DNA from: Histomonas meleagridis 2922-C6/04-290x
Taxonomy: Eukaryota; Protista; Parabasalia
Reading direction: 5' to 3'
Length of the DNA stretch: 64,000 bases
NCBI GenBank assembly: GCA_020184695.1
Contig: JAANOX010000153.1
Location: 682,001-746,000 of the forward strand
Notes under the pieces: generated by a model
Databases searched by the model: none
What the model saw: the letters and a program-made list of their open reading frames with translations, nothing else
What the model was told of the DNA's origin: nothing
Shown: one piece after another, positions 23,301 to 32,552 of the stretch
Numbering within the stretch: the stretch's first letter is position 1
Layout: each line of letters starts with the position of its first letter
Position numbers and translations under genes: made by a program

Positions 23301-23746
23301 TTTCAGAACTTGAACCGACCGCGCAAGCACAATTAGTACTTCAACGAGATGAAGAAAGTGGCTTCTATACAGGAATTGCGATCCATGTTCAATTTAATAC
23401 AGAGAATGAAGTCTCAACATTGGATCAATTAAGTGGAGGTCAAAAGACATTAGTTGCATTATCATTAGTATTTGCTATTCAAAAGTTTTCGCCTGCGCCA
23501 TTTTATTTGTTTGATGAAGTAGATTCAGCATTAGATGATAAATATCGAAAAACAGTCTCAGAAATGATTCATAAATTATCACATCCAGACGAAGGTAATG
23601 GAGCACAAATTATATTTACTACATTTAAGAAAGAATTATTGGAAGAATGTGATAAATATTTCGGAATTAAAATGACGCGAGGCCATAGTACAGTTTTAGC
23701 GATCACACAAGAAGAAGCAGAACGAATTATATCAGAAGAAGTTTAA
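20315..23746 (+). CDS. SMC3: Cohesin subunit SMC3
   Basis: GFKSY, Walker A GLNGTGKSN, ALLHEG, RRSIGLKKDEY, hinge TLEGD, LSGGQK and FDEVD motifs with long coiled coils; ATG at 20315. Confidence 0.95.
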   Translation: MNIKRVIVHGFKSYDDTVVFGPFSPGTNALVGLNGTGKSNFYSAISFVLLDEYAHIRISDRKALLHEGQGQNAMTAYVEIVFDNKNRIISIDNDEVSIRRSIGLKKDEYFIDRKNSTRQDVHNLLESCGFSPSSGYYIVRQGKVSSLAMMKDSDRLELLMEIAGTKFYDQQRDDSLKLIAESHGRIEKIKESLEYIDDRLKQLEDEKKELEENEKLEREKRAIEFLIQRREISSIEDELQEKEAEREIENNSAETYKEDFERVHNEIKEKQNELQDLKSTEKILISDKEKLELRKNNAIRSQTRAEFKFNQLQEKLENSDRLKNELQMKLDKVEQSIASTNNEYEAVNSEFTEVANKKASVDGELEGLQQVIGGKIKDPTSTQSELSRAKSIFNTLEREAHSLHTEIEQIQEKLGNYDAQKSKLINDINECKQQQIKAKENQNICMNKRKELWKKEDRLKRESKKVQQQIEKYHQKLSRVMPPDVSQAITSIKELNQEGVYSPIYDLITCDEELLTAINVVAKSRLYNIVVENDEIADSLIKFLLKNEFGRISFLSLNILKQMDFEPPEGVVTLISKLNYDEKFEPAIYKVFGKTALANNLREATEIAARYNISCVTLEGDFVSANGPMTGGSRTQKKSPLSISNYLEKKEEKGRRLKEEINEAQAELKEIDKELQYYNNQLNELKYKKLDLEGEKNKLISMIGFTNDEYETKIKQRDERNQRVEEAKRNILTIERKLSSIIEFNNNIDDSTHNKMIELRQESDELHKRHIELLSKRIELLSKLKDRLKPRRKRILNEIETLDINKIEHQLQESQKEKEESTELYNEISRNIEEIEEKHQQINVDITELEENIIKLKKVEERTNKMINTHKKALERITGRISLLHQRQEETIQQQRDIGTIPENEIKEIEELRTSELLRQLSIVNENSKRYRHVNKKAIEQHRSFSTQQNELQKRQEELIQSEDAITSLIAKLDQRKDEAIASTFSQLSTNFSKVFSELEPTAQAQLVLQRDEESGFYTGIAIHVQFNTENEVSTLDQLSGGQKTLVALSLVFAIQKFSPAPFYLFDEVDSALDDKYRKTVSEMIHKLSHPDEGNGAQIIFTTFKKELLEECDKYFGIKMTRGHSTVLAITQEEAERIISEEV

Positions 23747-23984
23747 AATAAATTTATTCGATAAACATTTTGTCAATTTTTAACAGAACATTGTATTTTT
23801 GTAATAGTTATTTTCAATATTTTTGAGTGTTTATATTTATAAATGAAATAAAAAGCAGTACGATACTAATATATAAATTTAATAAGTGAATTCTTTATTC
23901 TTTAAACTAAATTTCGTATGTTATCTCACTTTGAGAACATTAAAAACATTGATTTTAAAACAACTCCGAGTATTGGAATTACCA

Positions 23985-24089
23985 TTAAAACTTGAACAAA
24001 TTATTTTTAATTTAACGCAAGATAACATTGAAATAACTGTCAAAGAAACAATGAACATAATTGATTTAAATTTCCCATATTCATTATAC
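23985..24089 (+). pseudogene. Short fragment homologous to the extreme N-terminus of the DUF3447-ankyrin family
   Basis: LEQIIFNLTQDNIEITVKETMNIIDLN versus LEHVIFSLKDENIELSVQETMKISDIN (ORF 52612..52878): 15/27 identities by manual alignment. Confidence 0.7.
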
Positions 24090-24224
24090 AAAATCAATCA
24101 TGACTCTGTCAAAATGTTTGGAAAGTTTACAAAATGTGACACGTTGGACAGAATTTAATTATAAACGTGCACGACGATAGGAACGGCTGCATCAACAGCG
24201 CATCAAGAGTAATTAAAATTGGCC

Positions 24225-27200
24225 ATGGATTCCCAAGCGAAGAGCCAGGCAACTGTGACAATGAATAGAACTCATGCATCTCCTGCAGAAGAATGTAATG
24301 CCGCGTTAAAAGCAAATTGTATTGATGATAAAGAAATTTCACAATCGGGAATTCGCGAAATAGGCACAGCTGTAATCAGGCTAAATGAATGTAAAATGCT
24401 ACATCTTGTTGACGAAAACGAAATTATGCATTTTCTTCAAATACAAAATCAAATTTTATTAAAATCAAAGGATTTTCCAATAGATCTTGTTGAAATTTCA
24501 CTTAAATTTCTTGGTGCTCCTGATATGCCGTTACGTATTTATAATGATGAATGGATTACAAATATTATCAAAAAACTTCATGAGTTTTGTTTCTCAACTC
24601 TTTTTGTTGAAAGCAAAGAACCATCAAAATTACATCGTTTATTACCTTTGTTAACACAATTATCCAAAATCGTACAACAAATTACATTTACAGATTCAAT
24701 CATTGTTGATTTAATATCAATTGCAATTCCATCGTATTTACTTCAAGAATCATCACCATCCTTACAGACAGCTGCTTGTTCCTTAATGACGTCCATCTTT
24801 AAACGCTATTCTCAATTTCGTCAATATTTAATTGAAGAAATATTTTCTTCTATTAAAAAACATCATGGGACGCCCAAAATTTTAATATTTTCCAACAATA
24901 CACGTAAATATATTCAACCCATTACCCGAATAATATTAGAATTTGTTCAATCAATTACAAGTTTTCCATGTGATACTGAAAATGTTGTCAAAGAACTTAT
25001 GAAAGAAATCATTGAATATTTTTTTGTTAATTCACTTAATAATAATACATTTTATCATTTGTTTGAACAATTCATTGAAGATCTTGGGACATGTTTAACA
25101 CATCCATTTTATCCATCATCAGAACAATTTTTAAAGACTTCATTAGAATACTTTTTCCAAAGAATGACTAAAGATAGTAAAACTTCACGAATCTCAATTA
25201 AGTTATCATGCATTTCATTAACATCAATTACATTATGTTCACATAAAAGTAAAGAAGAAACAGAAGTAACTATACCTATAAGTGTTCTACACTCAATTAG
25301 TGATTTTCGAAAAGAACAAATCGATGATATTATTAATACAGAAAATAGTCATTTAACTTATGTTGATAATAATTATATATTAATGAAAATTAATCCAACA
25401 TTTCCATCAAATCTTTTTGAAAAAATTTTATCTCGATTTATAATTTGTTTATTTTTAACGCAATCATTTAAATATTCAAATACATCAAATACTGCATTAC
25501 CATTTCATATATCACAATGGTCATTAGAAGAAATGACAATTGAAGAAACAAATAATTATTTATTATGGTGGCGTGGGACTTTTCCAGAGAATGTTTTTGT
25601 TGAATTATCGATTGACATAACAGAGAAATTATATATAAATGATATCTCAAAACATTCAATGTTTGAAAATGTACATTTATTAATTCAACATTTACTTCGC
25701 GGATTATCTAATAAGAATTCATCAATTAGATCGAATTTATTACGAGGGTTTTCATCAATAATTGAAATTGAGCCAACACTTTTATATCATCCATTATTAG
25801 TCTCACAAATCCAAAATGCATTTTTAGATCCGACAGCATCAATTCGAGATGCAGTTCTTGAAATTATTACAAATTATATATCACAAAATGAACAATATTC
25901 ATCGCCATATTTTAATGTAGTCCTTAATTGTTTAGCTGATTCTTCACCGATGGTAGTTAAAAGAGCATTAACGACAATATCGAAATTTACAAATTCTGCA
26001 GATGATAATAATATTTCATCATTATGTTATTTCTTAAGTTTAAAACTTCAAGATCCATTACCGAATGTCGCAAATTCAGCCAAATCTTCATTTATTCAAG
26101 CGTTTTTTGGTAATGCGAAAGATAAAGGACGAGTATTAATTCAAGTTATAAGTAAATATTCAGAACGTCCTAAATGGTTTCCAATATTTTTCAAAGAAAT
26201 ATTCCTTAAATATCATCAAGAAATTAAAGATATAATACAAGAAATAGTTGACATAGTTTGTATTGAAACTACATATCAAAGTGTATTTTTGTTACGAGAA
26301 TTTTCTGAAATATTCCCAATGATTTGTTCGAATTATCATGAACGATTATTTTCACTTTTCATTTCTTGTCAAGATAATCAAATATTAAATATATTACCAT
26401 ATGTCCTGATAGCTATAATACCTGAAATACAAACTCCGAATTTAACTATGATTGGATTAACACTTAAACCAATGGAACAAATAATATGTTCAAAACCTTC
26501 AAATATTGTACGACCAGTAATCGAATTATGTTCCAAAATAATACAAAACATTTTTCCTGATTCAACAATCCTTTCTAATATTCAAAATCAATTTAGTAAA
26601 TTCTTACGAAATAATATCCGAAACATTAATTCTTTAAATAATCCTGAAATGGAGACATTAACGAATCAAATTACAAGAGCGTTATTTGTATCAGGTTGTA
26701 TTTATCGATATTATGGAGCAGAAGACAAAGAATTTGGTAAAGCTTTATGGGGTATCGTTACTAATTATTTTCGATCAAAAATACCAAAAATCCGAACTAT
26801 AGTATTACAATGTGCATGTGATATTTGTATTCGAAGTAGTGATTTCATTAAAAATGCTAAAGGTATAGTAACAGCAGCATTCCAATTAGGGCCGCCAGAA
26901 AGTATTTCTGCGTTAATATTTCTAAAAAGTCTTTTAATCGAAGAATCACAAGCAGAAGATAATACAGCAATTGATGAAATACGACCTTTATATTCATCAA
27001 ATCTTCATCAAACTTTCATGAAGCAAATACAACAATCATTTTTCTCTATCGATTCTAATATTCGTACAGCAGCGTTAGAGTTAACACGTGTTTCGTTACT
27101 TTATGGAATGACTGATCCACATAATTTAATACCTTATGTAATAACAATGCTATGTTCTAAAGAGCAATGTAATTTAGCAAAAGAAGTGTTGAAAGAAATA

Positions 27201-27923
27201 ATGAATAATTATTCAGATGCTTTATTAAATCGTATTAATGATGGAATTAAATTATGTTTCCAATATGTTGAAATAATTACAAATAATAACTTAAACTTAT
27301 ATAATTTGGATGACATTATATATCATTTTGGTGATTTATATCCAATTTTAAATGATTCATTACGAAAGTCATTTTTGGATATAATAATTCACATTTGTAA
27401 AGATTCAATTACTTCAGGAGTGAACCCAATGTTCTTTAAATGGCTTATGAACTCTGTTATGAATATTCCATTTTCTTTAGCTAAAGAGCCAATATATTTG
27501 ATACAACAATTGAACCAAAATACATCAATGATAATCACGTCGGTATTTTCGGACGCAAGAAGTGTTATATCAGAAGCTGGTGAATCAAGTGATGAGGAAA
27601 TAATAGTAAATAGTGACCCGTCAACTTGGTACGCATCAATTCTGTTACTAAGAACTAAGCATTGGTTACTAAAGAAGTATCAAATTAATATCAAAAAATT
27701 GGATAAATTAAAGGATAAAATACCCGTAAAAGTGGCACTGATTCAAAATATCGATATGTCAAATGTGCCAATACCATTAAATCAAACATTGAGTGATTCA
27801 ATGTTGGATTTATTTGCGTGTTTCCAATCTGCTATGAGAATGGAGAGATCACTTGCAAAGAAGTCTGAGGAAAAGAAAGAGAAAACAAAAAAGTCAAAAC
27901 GTAAATCAAATGAAAGTGAGTAA
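24225..27923 (+). CDS. SCC2: Cohesin loader Scc2/NIPBL-like HEAT protein
   Basis: Cohesin_HEAT-like segment (DPTASIRDAVLEII...DSSPMVVKRAL) and Nipped-B C-terminal-like segment (LLYGMTDPHNLIPYVITM); the exact N-terminus is uncertain. Confidence 0.78.
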   Translation: MDSQAKSQATVTMNRTHASPAEECNAALKANCIDDKEISQSGIREIGTAVIRLNECKMLHLVDENEIMHFLQIQNQILLKSKDFPIDLVEISLKFLGAPDMPLRIYNDEWITNIIKKLHEFCFSTLFVESKEPSKLHRLLPLLTQLSKIVQQITFTDSIIVDLISIAIPSYLLQESSPSLQTAACSLMTSIFKRYSQFRQYLIEEIFSSIKKHHGTPKILIFSNNTRKYIQPITRIILEFVQSITSFPCDTENVVKELMKEIIEYFFVNSLNNNTFYHLFEQFIEDLGTCLTHPFYPSSEQFLKTSLEYFFQRMTKDSKTSRISIKLSCISLTSITLCSHKSKEETEVTIPISVLHSISDFRKEQIDDIINTENSHLTYVDNNYILMKINPTFPSNLFEKILSRFIICLFLTQSFKYSNTSNTALPFHISQWSLEEMTIEETNNYLLWWRGTFPENVFVELSIDITEKLYINDISKHSMFENVHLLIQHLLRGLSNKNSSIRSNLLRGFSSIIEIEPTLLYHPLLVSQIQNAFLDPTASIRDAVLEIITNYISQNEQYSSPYFNVVLNCLADSSPMVVKRALTTISKFTNSADDNNISSLCYFLSLKLQDPLPNVANSAKSSFIQAFFGNAKDKGRVLIQVISKYSERPKWFPIFFKEIFLKYHQEIKDIIQEIVDIVCIETTYQSVFLLREFSEIFPMICSNYHERLFSLFISCQDNQILNILPYVLIAIIPEIQTPNLTMIGLTLKPMEQIICSKPSNIVRPVIELCSKIIQNIFPDSTILSNIQNQFSKFLRNNIRNINSLNNPEMETLTNQITRALFVSGCIYRYYGAEDKEFGKALWGIVTNYFRSKIPKIRTIVLQCACDICIRSSDFIKNAKGIVTAAFQLGPPESISALIFLKSLLIEESQAEDNTAIDEIRPLYSSNLHQTFMKQIQQSFFSIDSNIRTAALELTRVSLLYGMTDPHNLIPYVITMLCSKEQCNLAKEVLKEIMNNYSDALLNRINDGIKLCFQYVEIITNNNLNLYNLDDIIYHFGDLYPILNDSLRKSFLDIIIHICKDSITSGVNPMFFKWLMNSVMNIPFSLAKEPIYLIQQLNQNTSMIITSVFSDARSVISEAGESSDEEIIVNSDPSTWYASILLLRTKHWLLKKYQINIKKLDKLKDKIPVKVALIQNIDMSNVPIPLNQTLSDSMLDLFACFQSAMRMERSLAKKSEEKKEKTKKSKRKSNESE

Positions 27924-28034
27924 AATTTTTGTATATTTTTTTTTAAGAAAAATGCACCGGCGTATTCAAGAAAAGTATTAATTTATTGTGTTGAATAAAT
28001 TCTCAAAAGTTTTGAAGAGTGAAAAAAATTTATT

Positions 28035-28122
28035 ACATCGGCATCTTCAGCTTAGGAAGAGTTATTTCGCATTTGTTGCTGAAGTGATTACTATGTAAAA
28101 CGTCCGGCTGAGGTGTCGGTGT
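28035..28122 (+). ncRNA. Candidate structured RNA with a box C/D-like arrangement
   Basis: 16-bp stem 28035-28051 with 28107-28122 (three G-U pairs, one bulge); AGGAAGA at 28054, CTGA at 28079, GTGATTA at 28084, CTGA at 28108; no guide target identified. Confidence 0.3.
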
Positions 28123-28502
28123 TAGATAGTTTGGAGTCATGAAACAGTTGGTGCAACAAATATCAAATAATGAATTTAACGAAATGTTTTATATGTGACT
28201 CGTCAGTTATGTATAGCCAAAGGATTTATTGTATTGGCGATTTTGATATCCTTTCTGGGTATAAATGCTTAAATTGATTGTCAAATTTGTAACTTGGAAT
28301 AGGCAATCAAAGTAATCGACGAATTGCTTTTGAGTTACAATTTTTTATGGAGTTTATTGGAAAAATTCCATTATCGAATATTACATAATAAGAAGAGGAT
28401 AAGTGAAAAAAAAACTCATTCACATTTTTAAATATTCACATGTTTTAACAATGCTTTTTAATTAAGAATTCAGTTTAAGTTTATATATATATTTACTAAC
28501 TC

Positions 28503-29199
28503 CTAAATCTGAGAGATAAATTTTTCTTCTATAAAATCATCTGCAAATGGATTTTCTTCAATATTATTTGCTGTTGATACATTATGAAATGAGTTTTGGA
28601 TTTCAACATCATTTTGTTCGATATTTTCTGTCTCTTGTTCTTCACTTAAATGTTTCTTATGCTTGATTTTATTTAAAAGAATAACAAGTAATGTTATAAT
28701 TAGAATTGCAACGACTGCAGAGCAAACAGAAATGATAATTACATTTTGATTTTCATTTGTTTGAAATTCATTTGAATATAAAATTGTAAAGAAATAAGAA
28801 TAAATACTATAATAAGTCGAATAGCAAATGATTGTGTAATTATAATAAATGAATCCTGTTTCAATATATGTATGTGATGAATTAATATATGAAAATGTAT
28901 TTGAATTTATTTGTGAATAATAAATGATGATTTTTGTGTGATAGAATATAAATATGTTAAAGTGCTTATAAAAGTTAATGAAGAATTTATCAAAAATGAT
29001 TTGGTAAATGTATTTGTATGTATTCTTTGATTGTACATCCATCTTGAACCACTAATAATTCGATTCCATTTGCAATTGTTTGTGGAAATAATATCATTTT
29101 GCATTCGATATTTTTAGATGCTGATTTATATATACAGATATTTGTTATATCCCAATTAGTAAGTGGAACAGCATCATAATTGATATTCGTTGCATATCG
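28503..29199 (-). pseudogene. 5'-truncated, frameshifted paralogue of the fimbrillin-like surface protein 53424..55154
   Basis: NWDITNIC...IECKMILFPQTIANGI...IQI matches the intact gene at 29/49 residues; stalk remnant, transmembrane helix and NPFADDFIEE tail follow in different frames. Confidence 0.85.
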
Positions 29200-29712
29200 A
29201 TATGTTCAATGATTATCTTCAAAAAATTCAAGAAAAGGAAGAAGAAATAGGTAAAAACATTCTGAAAATCTTGAAAATATTAGGTGAATATAAATAATAA
29301 AGGTACCATAAATTTAGATAATTTTTTGTTTAAAAATATTCTTTAGAAATTATTTTGGATAGCATTAATGATTGCAACTGTAATATATCTTTTTTTCAAA
29401 ATCATAGTATTTTCACAAAAATGAAATAGAGCACAATGTACAATATTAAACAAAAAATCCTCTATACTTAGACTGATGGATCTATCATCTATCATCACCG
29501 AAACAATAAAATAAAATAAAAGAACCTCAGACAGAAGATAAAAACCGGTTGAATTTCATTGAAAACTTTTACGTCAAGTCAAATAACGGTGCTCACGGGC
29601 CACCCCAAATATGAGTTATTATTTCAATGGTTTTTATGCGGTTACTCCAACAAAATCAAACCGTCAGAACATCTTCTCAATTAACGTTACTCAAAATTTG
29701 AATAAATTGACC

Positions 29713-29718
29713 TCATTT
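29713..29718 (+). promoter_or_regulatory. Inr element TCATTT
   Basis: Lies just upstream of the ATG at 29725. Confidence 0.55.
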
Positions 29719-29724
29719 ATCAAT

Positions 29725-30690
29725 ATGCAGCTTCACCTCCGCGTTATAGAAGCCCAGGATATTGCTAAAATGGATGCCTACAAATCGGATCCTTATTGCG
29801 TAATCAACCTTACAAGCTCAAATGACACTCGTCGTACTCGTACTATCGAAAATACATTAAACCCAAGGTGGAATGAAGAATTCCATTTCAACGTACCAAA
29901 CCCAAGCATGTCAGCTCTTAAGATTCTAATGAGAGATAAGGATCTTATCAAAGATGATGACATGGCCACATTGGAAATTCAACTTTGTGCACTTCCTGTT
30001 GGTCAAGTCATTGATCAATGGTACAACATGATCCCAGTACGCCGTGTTAAGAAAGGTGGTCGTATTCATCTTGTTTTACATCTTGCACCAACCGGCGCTC
30101 CTCCATTCCAACCAACAGTAGCTCGTCCACCAATGCAAACACAGCCAATGATGCACCCACAACCCATGATGCAACAACCAATGATGGCACCACCAATGCA
30201 ACAGCCAATGATGCCACCTCCACAAAATCCAATGATGCCACCTCCACAAAATCCAATGATGCCACCTCCACAAAATCCAATGATGCCACCACGTCCAATG
30301 CCACCTCCACAACCGATGGCACCACCACCACAGCCAATGGCACCACCACCACAACCAATGATGCCACCACCACAGCCAATGGGACCTCCACCACCACGTC
30401 CAATGGGTCCACCACCTCCATATCCAATGGGTCCACCACCACCACCACAACCAATGGCACCACCTCCATATCCAATGGGACCACCTCCACCACGCCCAAT
30501 GATGCCACCACCAGCACCAGCGCCAGTTCAAGTTGGAGGATTTGTTCAAGTTGCTCCAGCTATGCAGCCAGTTATTATCCCGACACCACCACCTGGCGTT
30601 GCACTCCCACCACGTCCACTTGGTATGTCCGATAAGAAATACAGGAAGATGTGCAAGAAGTTCCTCAAGCACAATGGATATCGCTATTAA
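29725..30690 (+). CDS. C2-domain protein with a proline/methionine-rich (XYPPX-like) tail
   Basis: MQLHLRVIEAQDIAKMD..KSDPYC...TRTIENTLNPRWNEEF...DKD is a canonical C2 domain; Pro-rich repeats follow. Confidence 0.9.
   Translation: MQLHLRVIEAQDIAKMDAYKSDPYCVINLTSSNDTRRTRTIENTLNPRWNEEFHFNVPNPSMSALKILMRDKDLIKDDDMATLEIQLCALPVGQVIDQWYNMIPVRRVKKGGRIHLVLHLAPTGAPPFQPTVARPPMQTQPMMHPQPMMQQPMMAPPMQQPMMPPPQNPMMPPPQNPMMPPPQNPMMPPRPMPPPQPMAPPPQPMAPPPQPMMPPPQPMGPPPPRPMGPPPPYPMGPPPPPQPMAPPPYPMGPPPPRPMMPPPAPAPVQVGGFVQVAPAMQPVIIPTPPPGVALPPRPLGMSDKKYRKMCKKFLKHNGYRY
30208..30279 (+). repeat. Three exact 24-nt coding tandem repeats (MMPPPQNP) within a longer degenerate Pro-rich array
   Basis: ATGATGCCACCTCCACAAAATCCA x3. 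Confidence 0.9.
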
Positions 30691-30915
30691 GCTAAACAAG
30701 AAAAAAATTTTTAGTCAGTTTTGGTAAACATTAAATATCATTTACTCTCAAAATTTTTATTTTATTAATTTTGAATTATGTAAACCATTGAAATTCTGTG
30801 GAAATTGCAGCAAATTATTTAAATCGCAGAGCATAAGCTGAACCAAGAAACGCTTTTACGGATGTGATATCTTCATCTGTGCTAAAAAACATTTGAAATT
30901 TTAATCAAATTATAT

Positions 30916-32001
30916 TTAATCAGACAAAATTGTATAAATGTTTCCTTTGTTATCACTAACAAGTGCATGCAAATGAGTTGCAGTTGTAAGATGTGTAAAA
31001 ATTGCTGCAACTACATCAATCTTTTTTCCCATCTGGAAACCTTCGAAAGAAGTCGACCGATCCTTCAGCGATTGGTTAAACAGCTTTTTGTGCTGCATTA
31101 CTGCTTCATTATCTATTTGCCAAATGAATACAGCGCCGCCTTTTTCGCTTGTTGCCATCATATATTGTTTGTCAGGCGATATCGACAGCTTTAGCTGCGC
31201 CTCATCAGAATAGTGACCAAGATATTTACAGATAACGGAGAAATTTTCCATAGAATAAAGTCTTATTCTGGAATCATTTGATGCAATTAATAATCTGTCA
31301 TCATCAATAAAATTGATAGATGTAATCTTTTTCCCAATCCTCATCTTTTTGTGTCGAGGGCCAGCAATAAATTGTGTAATATATGAAACATCTGCTTGAT
31401 TATAAAAATAACAAAATCCATTAAAGCACCCAACAACAACTGTTTCGCCATTAGGAGAAAAGGCCGCTGCAGTTGGTGGTGAATTAAAGTGAATTGTGTT
31501 AATTATTGAATTTTTTTTAATATCCCATATGTATGCTGACATACCAAATGTGCATGAAATAAATACACTAGAATCACCTGGTTTAAAACATACAAATGTG
31601 ACTGCATCATCATGTTGAAATGTACCTAAACATGAATTTTCTGTAGGATGCCATAATTTTACTGTAGAATCCAGAGATGCACTAAGAAGAAAATTATCAT
31701 CTGACCAAGAGAGATGGACTATATCTGATGAATGTCCAGAATATCCATGAATTGCTTTGATATATGGTTCATTATTTGAAACCTCATAAATTACAATTCT
31801 TTTGTCTTCTCCAGCACTAGATGTATATTTACCATCTGGAGAAGAGCATAAACACCATATTGCTCCTTCATGTGGATGAATAAAAGATTCAATTCTTGTT
31901 CGTTTGAACGCATATTCTTTTTTTTGCCTAATGAATGGACTGAAATTAATGCTTGAAGGAATATAAATTTGTTTTTTTTGTGATTGCTCTGATTTCTTCA
32001 T
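30916..32001 (-). CDS. WD40-repeat protein (WDR44-like)
   Basis: GH..DIVHLSWS..NFLLSASLDSTVKLWHP...CLGTFQHDDAVT pattern of WDR44-type propellers. Confidence 0.8.
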   Translation of the reverse strand: MKKSEQSQKKQIYIPSSINFSPFIRQKKEYAFKRTRIESFIHPHEGAIWCLCSSPDGKYTSSAGEDKRIVIYEVSNNEPYIKAIHGYSGHSSDIVHLSWSDDNFLLSASLDSTVKLWHPTENSCLGTFQHDDAVTFVCFKPGDSSVFISCTFGMSAYIWDIKKNSIINTIHFNSPPTAAAFSPNGETVVVGCFNGFCYFYNQADVSYITQFIAGPRHKKMRIGKKITSINFIDDDRLLIASNDSRIRLYSMENFSVICKYLGHYSDEAQLKLSISPDKQYMMATSEKGGAVFIWQIDNEAVMQHKKLFNQSLKDRSTSFEGFQMGKKIDVVAAIFTHLTTATHLHALVSDNKGNIYTILSD

Positions 32002-32552
32002 TCTGGCAACCTGGATTTTTCAAAACTTACGATTGGTTTTGTCCACTCAAATTTTCTTTATCGTCAATTCAAATCAGAAAAATGAACATCCGGTAAAAAA
32101 ATCATTAAAACCGCGATACAAAAACATTTTTATAAATATTCCTCTGGATAATTGAATATAATTTTATTAATATAATATATATTTGAATTTGTAAAAAAAT
32201 AAATTAACGTTTAATAAGTTTTTATGAAAGAATTTGGAATTTGTTCGGATGGTCGATTAACGGTCAAATTATTTGGCAGAAAAATTGAATCATAACTTAT
32301 CCGAAAAATTGATTTTAACCATCATTGAACGAATCCTAGATCAAAATCAAATTTCCTACAAACGATTCATTCTATTTCAACATCAAATGTTTAAAAAATT
32401 AGTCCATATAAAGAACAATAAAAAAACGAAAACATAAAAATAAAAATGGCAATGTCAATGTTAAAGTTGAAACTTTTAAATACAACAAAACGAAAAATTT
32501 TATATTTAATAATACATCAAACATTTATTTATATAATTTATGGGAAATTTCC

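Noticed and set aside
29611-29724. N-terminal extensions given by the ORF track (here and at 6703, 9341, 13630, 20014, 20294, 34368, 34507, 44338)
   Set aside because: Most start at TTG/GTG or run through promoter DNA; homology and Inr position point to the downstream ATGs used in the feature list.
30047-30699. Trp/His-rich and Val-rich minus-strand ORFs
   Set aside because: Antisense shadows of the CCA/ATG-rich proline repeat of the C2 protein.
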